This document shows positions 10,309 to 20,122 of a stretch of DNA of 64,000 bases, one piece after another. The stretch's first letter is position 1. Every line of letters starts with the position of its first letter. The stretch spans positions 32,001-96,000 of the forward strand of contig JAWLHY010000018.1 in NCBI GenBank assembly GCA_041690135.1, read 5' to 3'. Below the pieces are notes generated by a model. The model saw only the letters and a list, made by a program, of their open reading frames with translations. It made no database searches and was not told the origin of the DNA. The DNA comes from Armatimonadota bacterium (lineage in GTDB: Bacteria; Armatimonadota; SYMT01). Made by a program: the position numbers and the translations under genes.

Positions 10309-13300
10309 TTACCGCCGCCCTTTCCGCGGTACGGTGCCGTTGCCCAGGAGTTGGACGTTGGCCCGAGAGCGTCGCGGGTCGGTGCTGGTAATGCGGAGCG
10401 TGCTCCGCGCCCGTCCTCTGGCGGCCGGCGTGAAGCTGACCGTTACTTCCACGAAGTCCTTCGGCTGCAGCAGGATGCTGACGGCCTGCGGGGCCTCTAC
10501 GTTGAACGGAGCTTCGACCGGGGTGTAGGCCACCATCAGCGGCGTGGTGCCGATGTTGGTCAGCCGCACGGTGCGGGTGGCGCTGCCGCCCACGAGCACA
10601 TTCGCGAAGTTCACCTTGGTCCGGGAGACTTTCAGCCGTCCGGAGCCCGGTGTTACGCCGGATGCTTCATTGGACGGGCTCGAGTCACCGCCCGCGTTGA
10701 ACGCAATCACCCGGAAGGTTTGCACGGCGCTGGTTTCCAGTCCGCCCACCTTCGTAGAGGTGACATTGGCACCCGTGGTGTTGACCACCGCGAACTGGTT
10801 CTCGCCGATCTTGCGTTCGACGCGGAACCCGGTCTCGTCGTTGCTGTTGTCCTGCCACTCCACCCGGAGGATGTCCGAACCCGCTACGAGCACGGTCACG
10901 TTGCTCGGCGCGGCCGGCGGGTTAGGCAGGGTCTCACCCTGGGCCTCACCCGACGGTGAACTGTCTCCGGTGGGGTTGCGGGCGATCACCCGGTAGATGT
11001 AGGTCGTACCCGGCACCAGGTTGGTGTCGGTGAAGGTAGTTACCCCCTCGCCCACCGATCCGGCCTGCGTAAAGGCCCCCTGTGCCGTGCGTCGCTGGAT
11101 GACGTAGCTGCTCTCCCGCTGGCTGTCGGACCACGTTACGACCAGTTGCGTCCGACCCGCGGGTGCTGCGGGCGTCGAGACAGTCACTCCGGCCGGGGTG
11201 CTCGGAAGATCGGTGAGGGTCGTGGCATTTGCTTCGTTGGAAGCAGGCCCGTCACCGCCCGTATTCTTCGCCCGGACGCGGTAGTAGTAGGTCGTACTTG
11301 CCGCGAGGCCGTTGTCGAAGTGCTCCGTGGCGTTGGCCGGCGCGGAGCCTACCGTCTGGAAGTTGCCCCCTTCCGGCTTCCGTTCGATAGTGAAGCCGGT
11401 CTCGCCGGTGACTGCGTCCGTCCAGTTCAGACGGATACTGCTGCTGCTAACCGCCGTGGCCTGCAGGCCGGTCGGGGACGTGCCCGGAGGGTTCGGTAGG
11501 GTTGTGCCGCTTGCCTCGGCCGTGGCCGCGGAATCGCCGCCTGCGTTCGTTGCGACCACCACGTAGAAGTAAGTGGTCTGCGGAGACAGGTTCTGATCCG
11601 TGTAGGTCGTGATGTTCGTCCCGACCGTGGCGTTCGGCTGGGCTCCGAAATTCTCGCCGGCAGTGCGACGGTAGATTTCGAAGCCGTCCTCGTTGTTGCT
11701 GTTGTCCTGCCAGGTCAGCACCAGGGAAGTGCTTCCCGCGGCGGCAGCGGCTACCGATCCGTTCGTGGGGACGGTCACCAGCAAGTTGCTGGGCGCGGCC
11801 GGCGGGTTCGGCAGCGTGGTGACGTTCGCCTCATTGCTGAAGCTGGAGACACCGCCATCGTTTGCCGCCTGGACGCGGTAGACATAGCCGGTGTTGGCGA
11901 TGAGGCCGCTCGTGTCCGTGAACTGCTCCAAATCGGCTCCCACGGTGCCCGCGAGGCTGAACGTGCCGCCGGAGGCGAGACGACGCTCGATCCGGAAGGA
12001 GCTTTCGTTGTCGGAGTTATCCTGCCAGGTGAGCAGCACGCTCGTCTGGCCCGTCGCCACGGCCGTCAGGCTGGACGGCGCACTCGGCGGGTTGGGATGC
12101 GTCCGGCCGCTGGTGCTGACGGCAGTCGAGTCGCCGCCGATGTTGCTGGCCACGAGCCGATAGTAGTAGATCGTGTCTACATTCAGGCCGTTGTCCAGGT
12201 AGCTCGTAGTGTTGGCGCCCAGAGTTGCGAGCGAGATCCAGGTTGTCTGGTTCTGCGACCGCTCCAGCTTGAAGCTGGTCTCGTCCGTGGAGTTGTCCTG
12301 CCACGTGAGCCGAATGCTGTTCTGCGACTGGCCCGTGGCGGTGAACAAGGACGGCGCCGCCGGAGCGTTCGGGTGGGTGGTGGCGGTGGCGGTATTGCTC
12401 GGGTTGGAGCTGCCGCCGCCGTTCCGCGCCCGCACCTGATAGCTATAGGCTGTGTTGGCGGTCAGGCCGCTGTCGCTGTAGCTGGTGCTGTTCGCAGCGA
12501 CGGTGTCGTGCTCGACGAACGCGCCCATGTCGTTGCGGCGGAAGATCACGAACTCGTCTTCGTTGCTGCTGCTGTCGGACCAGCTCAGCCAGATCTCCGT
12601 CTGTGACTGGGCCGTGGCGGTGAGGCCGGACGGCGCTCCCGGCGGGTTGGGAAGCGTAGTCGCTTGGGCGGTGTTGCTGTAGGCGGAGTCGCCGCCGCCG
12701 TTGGCTGCCCGCACCCGGTAGATGTAGAGCGTGTTGGAGACCAGCCCCTGGTCCGTATGCGTGACCTGGGTGTCCGCGCCCGGCGCCGTGCCCTTAGTGG
12801 CCACCTGCCGGAAGGTCACCCCGTCCGTGGAGCGCTCGATCTTGAACAGCGTCTCGTTGTCCGACTTGTCCGTCCAGGCGAGCAGGATGGACGTGGTCGA
12901 CTGCGCGGTCGCTGTCAAGGTCTCCGGAGCTTGCGGCGCATCCGGCGGCACCACCACCGTGGCTTCATTGGTCGAGCCCGTGGAGAGATCGCCGTTGGTG
13001 TTGATAGCGACGATCACATAGGTGTAGGTCTTGCCCGCCATCACGGTGTCGTCCGTGTAGGTGGTGCCGCTGGCGGCGGCGCGGTCCGTCAGGATAAGGA
13101 ACGAATTACTTCCCTCCTTCCGCATAATGCGGTTCCCGGAAGGGTTCGCGCCGTTATTGTCCGTCCAGGCCAATTCCACCCGGCGCGGGTTGGTCTGCAG
13201 CGAAGCCGTCAGCCCGGAAGGGTTCGCGGGGAAGGTGAGGTCGCTGGCAGGTCCGACCCACGCGGATACGTTGTTGTTCCGGGCACGGACGCGGAAGACG

Positions 13301-16300
13301 TAGCTCGTGTTTGGGTTCAGACCGGTTGCGTCGAACGTTACCGTCTGGCCCGTTCCGGCGGACACCTGATTGACCGTGCGAGTCGAGGCAGTCCCGCCCT
13401 GCGGGGTTACTTCTACTTCGAAGCCGGTTTCGTTGGAGGCGTTGTCCGTCCAGGTCAGGCGCACGACGCTGGCGCTGGTGGCGTTGGCGTCGAGGTTGGA
13501 CGGGGCGGCCGGAGGCGTCTGCAGCGTGGTGCCGCCCGCTTCACGGCTGGGAGCACTGTCGCCGCCGTTGTTGAACGCATACACGCGGTAGGTGTAGGTC
13601 GTGTTCTCCGTCAGGCCGGTGTCCTGGTAGGAGTTGCTGTTTACCGGCAGACTGGTCGCACCTGCGAGCGGAGCAAAGGTGCCGTTGATGCCGATCTTCC
13701 GCTCGATCCGGAAGCCTTCTTCGTTGTTGGCCGTATCGGTCCACGCCAGGTTGATCTGGCTGGAGGAGATCACGGTGGCGGTCAGGCCTTCCGGTCCGGT
13801 CGGCGGGACCTTCAGGGTGGTGGCGCATTGCGTATTGGAGACGTCGCCGTTGCCGCTACCGTTGGTGCCGATCACTCGGTAGCAGTATTGCGTGTTCTCC
13901 GTGAGCCCGGTGTCGGTGTAGGCGTTGACGCCCGCCTGCGCCGTACCGATCTGCGTCCAGCCGCTCATCCCGTCCGGCGAACGTTCGACGCGGAACTGGG
14001 TGGGCGCGAAGCTGTTGTCGGTCCAGGTCAGGTCGATCTCCGTGCGACCGCGGCGAGGATTGCCGGTGGTCGGCACGGTAGCAAGCAGGTTGGTGGCCGC
14101 TGCAGGCAGCGTTAGCCGGTTGCCGGTAATGGCAGCCGAGTTGCCGCCGGGGTTGGTGGCCATCACCCGGTAGAAGTAGGTGCGGTTCCCGTTCAGGTTC
14201 GTGCCACCGTTGTTGTCGTCGACGGTGGTCGTGCCCGCCGGAAGGGTGGCGACGAGCGTCCAGGTGGACTGGTCGGTGGACCGCTCCACGCGGTGCGCGG
14301 AAGTAGAGCCGGGTGCGTTCGCGTCGGTGAAGGCGATCCGCAGATTGGTCGTCGGGGCGATATTGGTGATCAGGAGAGCCTGCGGCACCGACGGCAGCGT
14401 CCAGGCGCTGTCCACGTTGCTGTTCGCCGGCGAGTCGCCTCCACCATCGCAGCCGGCCGGAGCCGTGTTGAACGCGCGGACCCGGAAGAAGTACTGCGTG
14501 TTCGGCGTGAGGCCCGTCACCTGGAACGACTTCTGTCCGCCGGCAGGCGTGTTCCCGTCGTTGGCCACGAACGTCCAGTTGCTGCTGCCATCGGGAGATC
14601 GCTCGATCCGGAAGTTCGAGGTAGTCCCAGCGGGATTGTTGTCGTCCCAGGTGAGGTCGATCACCGTTTGAGAGGTGGTGGCCGCATCGAGGTTGCTGGC
14701 ATTAACGGCCTGGGTCAGCACGCAGTCGGTGTTGCTGGGTTGCGCGTCGCTATCCCCCACCCCGTTGTTCGCGAATGCGATGACGCGGAAGTAGAAGACC
14801 GTGTTCCGCTGCAGGCCGTTGATCGTGGTTGTTCTCAGGCCGGTGGCCGGAACCTCTGCGGGTTGGGACGTGTAGGTGGTCGTCAGGGTCCAGGGGCCGC
14901 CCGCCGCGAGAGCCTGTTCGATCTTGAAGCCGGTCTCGTCCGTGCTGTTGTCCGTCCATTCGAGGTTGGCGGCGTCCGGAGGCGTCAACGTTACGCTCAG
15001 GTCGCTGGCATCCTGCGGCGGATTCGGCAGCGTGGTCGCGGAAACGGTCGATGACAGCGGCCCATCGCCACTCTGGTTGTAGGCGCGAACCTGATAGTAG
15101 TAGGTGGTGTTGGCGGCCCGCCCGCCGTCAGTGAAGCTGTAGACTTTATCGAACGGAGCCGTGGTGTCGGTCAGGTCCGGTCCCTGGGTATCGGTTCGGA
15201 TCAGGTTAAATGGCCCGCCCGGTGCGGTGGCTCGATAGAGCTTGAAACCGACCTGGTCTTGCGCGTTGTAGGTCCAGGTCAGGTTGACCTGCGAGTTGGT
15301 AGCCGTAGGAGCATTGAAGACTGGCTGAACCGTAGGTGCGGTGGGTAGGGTCGTGCCCTGGACCGGACCCAGGATCGCCGAGTCGCCCGCCGCATTGTTT
15401 GCGCGGATCTGGTACTCGTAAGTCGTATTCGGCGCCAATCCGGCACCCGCGTTATCATCGGTGAACGTCCGTGCACCGGTGCCGGGCCCGTTTGTCGCAT
15501 CCGAGAGGATATTTGCGATCTGCATAAACGAGGTCGCCGGCGTGGTGATCCGACGCCGCTCGATGATGAAACTCGCCTCGTTGTTGCTCGCGTCGTTCCA
15601 GTCCAGTTTCAACCGCTGCGTATCGATCGGCGTCACTACCAGGTTCGTCGGCGCCGCCGGGGGTTCCGGCAGGGTGGTAACGGTCAACTGGTTGGAATAG
15701 GGTCCGTAGAAGGTCGTGTTGACATTCGCGACAACCGCCCGGTTGAAAGGTCGGACCCGGTAAGTGTAGGTCGTGGTTGCGACGAGCCCAGAGTTCGTGT
15801 GGGTGACGGTATTGGCAGTGTTGATCGTGGCGACAACCTGCCAGGGGGAGGCGCTGCTCTGGTCACCCAGCTTTCGTTCCACTTCGAATCCGCCTTCGTT
15901 ATCACTGTTGTCAGTCCACGCCAGGCTGATGAAGTGGTTTCCGCCGTTGTTACCGATCGCGGTGGTGATCAGATTCGAAGGCGCGAAGGGGGGGGAGTGA
16001 TGCTGGGCGACAAACACATCCGCCACCGGCATGAGTTCATACCGGCCGTTGAGGGGACCCTGCTGACCGTTTCGGTAGGTAAAGAAGCTTGTGGGCAGAT
16101 CAAGAGACGCCGTGGTGCCGGCGATGTAAGCCTGCCCATTGCTGTCCACGTCGATTCCCAGGGCGAGATCGTCGGGAGGACCGCTCCAACCTGCGCTGCC
16201 GCCGAAGTAGGTGGAATACTCGAACTCCGCACCGTTCGGCCGCAGCTTAGCCAGGAAACAGTCGACACCTCCACGCAGGTCGTTCTGCGAAGGATTGACC

Positions 16301-18522
16301 AGTGGGAACGAAGGGAAGCTGGAGGTGGTGGTCCCGCAGACGTATGCCTGCCCCGAGGGGCTCACCGCGATGTCATTGCCGACGTCGGTCCCATTTCCAC
16401 CCAGGTAGGTGGAGTAGATCCATTCGTTGCCAGATGTGTTCAACTTAGCAACGAATGCGTCGCTGGCGCCGCCCTGGAAGCTGGCGGTATATGCGGGGAT
16501 CGATGCCGCCGTCGGCGCCACCGTCGGGAAGTCGCCGGATGCGGTGTAACCCGTTACATAGGCCTCGCCCTGCGGGTTGATGGCGATGGACCGGCAAGCA
16601 TCGTCACCGCCGCCACCCAGGTAGGTTCCATACACGGGCCGTCCTGCCGTGTCGAATTTCGCTACGAAGCCATCCATGCGGCCGGTGTCGGGTGCGTGGG
16701 CCGGTTGGGGACCGTTCTGAGCGCCAGGAGGGAAAGAGGCGAACAGATCCAGTGATGCGGTTCCGCCCGCGACGAAAGTGTTTCCCTGGTCGTCCACGGC
16801 GATTGCAACCGCCTGGTCGTCGCCATAGGGCGTGGCAAACGCTCGGCCATTCCAGGTCTGCGTTCCGGGGCTGGAATACGGGGCGCGGGGAACGATGTAG
16901 TTGAAGTTGATCGGCGCAGTGACCGGCAGTCCGCTTTCGCTTCCGGACCCACCAAAGTACGTGTAGTAGTTGAAGGCGGAACCGGAGGCGTCCAGGCTGA
17001 CCAGGAAAATATCCGACGACCCCGCCAACGTGCTTTGGAAAGGCTGTCCGTCGGTGCTGAAGACCGGCAGGTTGGTGGAGTTGGTGATGCCCGCGATGTG
17101 AACGTTCTGCGTCCCGTCCACCGCGATAGCGCGACCGATGTCGTTGCCGGACCCACCGAGGTAGGTTGAGAAGACGAGCTGGCTGGCGCCGCTTCGACTC
17201 GTGTCGAGCTTGACCGCAAACCCATCGCGCCCCCCCTGCTGGTTTTGGACGGCAACCTGCAAGGGCCAATAAATGGACTCCGTGCAGCCCGTTACGTAGA
17301 TAAAGGGATGATCGACTGAGGAACTGGGCGAGGTGGTAAGTGCGAGGCCGTAGTCGTCGTTCTCCGCTCCCAGGTAGGTGGAATAGAGCAGAGGACTCGT
17401 CCCCGTGGCGTTGAACTTGGTGACGAATGCGTCGTAGCTGCTTTCGTCGAAGTAGGTGAAGTTGTTGTCCGGGTTCTCGGTGGTGTTGAAGTTGCTCCGG
17501 GATGAGTTATTGATCCGGTCCGGATCTCCCTGGAACTGGTTCACCAGCGGCCATTCAGTCAAAACCGATACCGGATCCCGGCTCGGTTCATTGTTTGCAT
17601 CCTGGAAGAACGAGCCGGTGTAGCCCGTAATGTATGCATTTCGCGACGCATCGACCTGCACGTCAAAGGCGTAGTCGTCCGCGCTCCCGCCAATATAGGT
17701 CGAATAGCGGATGACGGGGTCGATGACCAGTTGCTGGGACTCGTCGTAGGGTCCTACTTTGAACCCCACCTGGTTGTCGGCCAGCAGTTGGTATTCGGCT
17801 TCGACCGGCTTGCGCTCGCCCTTCACCACCTGGTAAGCGATGGGGGCCTTTTGCCTAACCTCACCCAACCCGGTGTTCAGTACCAGTTCCCCGCTCTCAT
17901 CAACGCGGAGTTCCTTTTGTCCCTCATACTCCAGGCGCACGGTCTTGGGGCTGACACCAGGATCCAGAATGAAGTCATGCTCCAGTTCCTGCTGGTTGCC
18001 GTAGTAGACGAGGTCCACGCCCTTCCACACGTCTTCACACAGTACGCGCCCGAAACTGGGGACGTCGGTCACCCAGTTCTCCGGTTTATTACCGATGAAG
18101 TAGTTGCTAAGGCCCAGTTGGTCTCCGTCGTGTCGGATGTTGGCCTTGGGATTGCCACCCACCAGGCTCATCTTGAGACGGGAGACCGGCGCACCTTCGG
18201 GCAGCTTCTGTGCCTTTTGACCCTGTTTTGCCGATTCGGGGAGACGGGCCAGGGCGAGGTATGAGGCCGTCGGGGTGATGTAGAAGTTGTAACCCGCCCC
18301 GCGGGACAGGAACTTCACCTGCCCGTCGGTCTGGCCGCGGTTGGCTTCGAAGATGAGCGGCAAGCGGCTCATCGCCAGTTTCGCGTCGGCCACGTCCTTT
18401 CCGGAGCGAGAGTTGAACTCCATCAGGCGGATCGCCCCCGTCAGCGCGCCCGCCAGCACTACGGTGCCTAGCAGCGCGCCCAGCCATCGCGGGGTCGCTA
18501 TCGCGGCTCTCACACTACGCAT
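10309..18522 (-). CDS. Giant secreted protein: SBBP beta-propeller repeats, about 18 fibronectin-III domains, C-terminal ASH/choice-of-anchor-D-like Ig domain
   Basis: Same N-terminal architecture as the neighbour (FEANRGQTD, VIDPVIRYSTYIGG), 18 FN3 units counted by eye, C-terminal VNF..V.VG.SATRTV.LTN.G..PL..V.FTP..G, RBS GGAGAGG. Confidence 0.9.
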   Translation of the reverse strand: MRSVRAAIATPRWLGALLGTVVLAGALTGAIRLMEFNSRSGKDVADAKLAMSRLPLIFEANRGQTDGQVKFLSRGAGYNFYITPTASYLALARLPESAKQGQKAQKLPEGAPVSRLKMSLVGGNPKANIRHDGDQLGLSNYFIGNKPENWVTDVPSFGRVLCEDVWKGVDLVYYGNQQELEHDFILDPGVSPKTVRLEYEGQKELRVDESGELVLNTGLGEVRQKAPIAYQVVKGERKPVEAEYQLLADNQVGFKVGPYDESQQLVIDPVIRYSTYIGGSADDYAFDVQVDASRNAYITGYTGSFFQDANNEPSRDPVSVLTEWPLVNQFQGDPDRINNSSRSNFNTTENPDNNFTYFDESSYDAFVTKFNATGTSPLLYSTYLGAENDDYGLALTTSPSSSVDHPFIYVTGCTESIYWPLQVAVQNQQGGRDGFAVKLDTSRSGASQLVFSTYLGGSGNDIGRAIAVDGTQNVHIAGITNSTNLPVFSTDGQPFQSTLAGSSDIFLVSLDASGSAFNYYTYFGGSGSESGLPVTAPINFNYIVPRAPYSSPGTQTWNGRAFATPYGDDQAVAIAVDDQGNTFVAGGTASLDLFASFPPGAQNGPQPAHAPDTGRMDGFVAKFDTAGRPVYGTYLGGGGDDACRSIAINPQGEAYVTGYTASGDFPTVAPTAASIPAYTASFQGGASDAFVAKLNTSGNEWIYSTYLGGNGTDVGNDIAVSPSGQAYVCGTTTSSFPSFPLVNPSQNDLRGGVDCFLAKLRPNGAEFEYSTYFGGSAGWSGPPDDLALGIDVDSNGQAYIAGTTASLDLPTSFFTYRNGQQGPLNGRYELMPVADVFVAQHHSPPFAPSNLITTAIGNNGGNHFISLAWTDNSDNEGGFEVERKLGDQSSASPWQVVATINTANTVTHTNSGLVATTTYTYRVRPFNRAVVANVNTTFYGPYSNQLTVTTLPEPPAAPTNLVVTPIDTQRLKLDWNDASNNEASFIIERRRITTPATSFMQIANILSDATNGPGTGARTFTDDNAGAGLAPNTTYEYQIRANNAAGDSAILGPVQGTTLPTAPTVQPVFNAPTATNSQVNLTWTYNAQDQVGFKLYRATAPGGPFNLIRTDTQGPDLTDTTAPFDKVYSFTDGGRAANTTYYYQVRAYNQSGDGPLSSTVSATTLPNPPQDASDLSVTLTPPDAANLEWTDNSTDETGFKIEQALAAGGPWTLTTTYTSQPAEVPATGLRTTTINGLQRNTVFYFRVIAFANNGVGDSDAQPSNTDCVLTQAVNASNLDAATTSQTVIDLTWDDNNPAGTTSNFRIERSPDGSSNWTFVANDGNTPAGGQKSFQVTGLTPNTQYFFRVRAFNTAPAGCDGGGDSPANSNVDSAWTLPSVPQALLITNIAPTTNLRIAFTDANAPGSTSAHRVERSTDQSTWTLVATLPAGTTTVDDNNGGTNLNGNRTYFYRVMATNPGGNSAAITGNRLTLPAAATNLLATVPTTGNPRRGRTEIDLTWTDNSFAPTQFRVERSPDGMSGWTQIGTAQAGVNAYTDTGLTENTQYCYRVIGTNGSGNGDVSNTQCATTLKVPPTGPEGLTATVISSSQINLAWTDTANNEEGFRIERKIGINGTFAPLAGATSLPVNSNSYQDTGLTENTTYTYRVYAFNNGGDSAPSREAGGTTLQTPPAAPSNLDANATSASVVRLTWTDNASNETGFEVEVTPQGGTASTRTVNQVSAGTGQTVTFDATGLNPNTSYVFRVRARNNNVSAWVGPASDLTFPANPSGLTASLQTNPRRVELAWTDNNGANPSGNRIMRKEGSNSFLILTDRAAASGTTYTDDTVMAGKTYTYVIVAINTNGDLSTGSTNEATVVVPPDAPQAPETLTATAQSTTSILLAWTDKSDNETLFKIERSTDGVTFRQVATKGTAPGADTQVTHTDQGLVSNTLYIYRVRAANGGGDSAYSNTAQATTLPNPPGAPSGLTATAQSQTEIWLSWSDSSSNEDEFVIFRRNDMGAFVEHDTVAANSTSYSDSGLTANTAYSYQVRARNGGGSSNPSNTATATTHPNAPAAPSLFTATGQSQNSIRLTWQDNSTDETSFKLERSQNQTTWISLATLGANTTSYLDNGLNVDTIYYYRLVASNIGGDSTAVSTSGRTHPNPPSAPSSLTAVATGQTSVLLTWQDNSDNESSFRIERRLASGGTFSLAGTVGADLEQFTDTSGLIANTGYVYRVQAANDGGVSSFSNEANVTTLPNPPAAPSNLLVTVPTNGSVAAAAAGSTSLVLTWQDNSNNEDGFEIYRRTAGENFGAQPNATVGTNITTYTDQNLSPQTTYFYVVVATNAGGDSAATAEASGTTLPNPPGTSPTGLQATAVSSSSIRLNWTDAVTGETGFTIERKPEGGNFQTVGSAPANATEHFDNGLAASTTYYYRVRAKNTGGDGPASNEANATTLTDLPSTPAGVTVSTPAAPAGRTQLVVTWSDSQRESSYVIQRRTAQGAFTQAGSVGEGVTTFTDTNLVPGTTYIYRVIARNPTGDSSPSGEAQGETLPNPPAAPSNVTVLVAGSDILRVEWQDNSNDETGFRVERKIGENQFAVVNTTGANVTSTKVGGLETSAVQTFRVIAFNAGGDSSPSNEASGVTPGSGRLKVSRTKVNFANVLVGGSATRTVRLTNIGTTPLMVAYTPVEAPFNVEAPQAVSILLQPKDFVEVTVSFTPAARGRARSTLRITSTDPRRSRANVQLLGNGTVPRKGRR

Positions 18523-19177
18523 GTGGACCTCTCCGTCAGTATCAATGGGATAAAAAGACCAGTTTTCCGGCCGTAGGTGGTGTTGGTGGGCCTGGAAGCT
18601 CCGGGCGGTCCGGCGTTGGCTCCAGGGGTCCGTTTGTTTGTTAACCGCTTGGGGACCGACCAGAGTTTCCGCGCGGAGGCGGTTCGCACCTCCCGCGCGG
18701 GCGGATCCCTGGTGAAAACTCTAGCTTGTGACACCCTGCTCGCCTTAAGATTGTGCTTAGGTGGCTGAGCGCAATCTGCCCGGACACATCGAGAGGGGTC
18801 GTCACTGTGACCGGCATTCGGAGAATTCGTCAGTTAGACGCTTCTTCCCTCCGTAGAGGTTGCCTTTTTTTGACCGGAACCCAACAGCCGCCTTGCCTGC
18901 TGTCCAGGTGCGCGGTTTAGGGCGCGAGCCCTACCATGACAGCCTTTGGCGAGGGGGATGCGGATCCCTGCATCGGAATCCGGAGAAGGGTGACGAGACC
19001 TTGGATCTTCGGCGATGCTCCGCCATCTCCACAAATGCCTGTATGCTAGGGTGGTGTGCATTCAGTGGCGCGAAATTTGTGCTAAAAGTGTACAATGCTC
19101 TGGCTGGCACTGGGCTGCTTGCCGGTTGTGTGAGCGCTTCGCGTCGGCGGCGGTGACTCCCCGGGTATACTCAACCT

Positions 19178-20122
19178 ATGGTGGACATCGGCGGGGAATC
19201 CGGCGCCGCACGGGCGCAAGATCCAGGAGCGCGGCTGCGGGCACAGCAGCGGGCGGCGACACTGTCGCTGGGTTCGAACGTGTTTCTGGTAGCGGTGAAG
19301 ATCGCTGCGGGGGTGGCGTCGGGCGCGATCAGTGTTCTGGCAGAGGGGATTCAGTCGACGGTGGACGTGCTCGCATCGGGCCTGATTCTGTTCACCGTGC
19401 GGGCGGCGAGTGCCCCTCCCGACCGGAGCCATCCCTACGGTCACGGTAAGTTTGAGAATCTGGCTTCGCTGGGCCAGATGCTGCTGATTCTGGGCACGGT
19501 AGCCTATCTTCTGTCGGCAGCCTGGCAGCGGTGGCAAGAGCCGGTGATGCCGCGGGTGGACTGGGGTGTGGCGGCGCTGGTCATTGCCCTGGTAGTCAAC
19601 ACGCTGGTTTCGCGGCGACTGATGAAAGTGGCCGCAGAAACCGGGTCCCAGGCGCTGGAGGCCGAAGCGGCGCACCTTCGTACCGACATGCTGGCTTGCG
19701 TCGGCGTGCTTGGAGGTTTGCTCGCCGTGGCGATCACGGGTGAGCCGCGCTTTGATCCCGCCGTGGCCGCGGTGATGACGGTAGTGGCTGCGTTGGCGGC
19801 CGTATCCCTATTGAGAGAGACGCTGCGTCCGCTGCTGGATGAGAGCCTGCCGGAGGAAGAGGAGCGCCAGGTGCGGGCGGTGCTGGAAGGCGACGGGCGG
19901 GTGTTGGGGTATCACCGTCTCCGCACGCGGCGCGCCGGCGCGCGGCGCTTGGTGGATGTTCACGTGTTGCTTGATGACGATCTCAGTTTTGCGCAGGCGC
20001 ATGCGCAGGCCGAGGAGGTGGAGCAGGCTATTCGCTCGGTGCTGCCGAACGCGGATGTCATCGTGCATGCGGAACCGTACGAAGCGGAACTGCAACATCA
20101 GGAGGAGGCACATCGTGGGTGA
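19178..20122 (+). CDS. Cation diffusion facilitator (FieF/YiiP-like) metal transporter
   Basis: PPD..HPYGHGKFE, HLRTD, C-terminal LRTR.AG..VDVH..AH..VHAEP. Confidence 0.93.
   Translation: MVDIGGESGAARAQDPGARLRAQQRAATLSLGSNVFLVAVKIAAGVASGAISVLAEGIQSTVDVLASGLILFTVRAASAPPDRSHPYGHGKFENLASLGQMLLILGTVAYLLSAAWQRWQEPVMPRVDWGVAALVIALVVNTLVSRRLMKVAAETGSQALEAEAAHLRTDMLACVGVLGGLLAVAITGEPRFDPAVAAVMTVVAALAAVSLLRETLRPLLDESLPEEEERQVRAVLEGDGRVLGYHRLRTRRAGARRLVDVHVLLDDDLSFAQAHAQAEEVEQAIRSVLPNADVIVHAEPYEAELQHQEEAHRG

Noticed and set aside
4862-18264. Many long antisense or alternate-frame ORFs (for example 12664-14115; also 33579-34925 and 49021-50559)
   Set aside because: Shadow ORFs expected from high-GC codon bias opposite well-supported genes, with no motifs of their own
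18905-18950. Resemblance to the P2 arm of a c-di-GMP-I riboswitch (ggtttaggg..ctaccatgacagcc)
   Set aside because: The upstream GGCAAA..GAAA..GCAAA elements were not found, and it points away from the surface-protein gene
19066-19120. Sigma-54 promoter-like TGGCGC/TGGCAC motifs upstream of the CDF gene
   Set aside because: The first has GT instead of GC at -12; the second has GG-N9-GC spacing instead of N10
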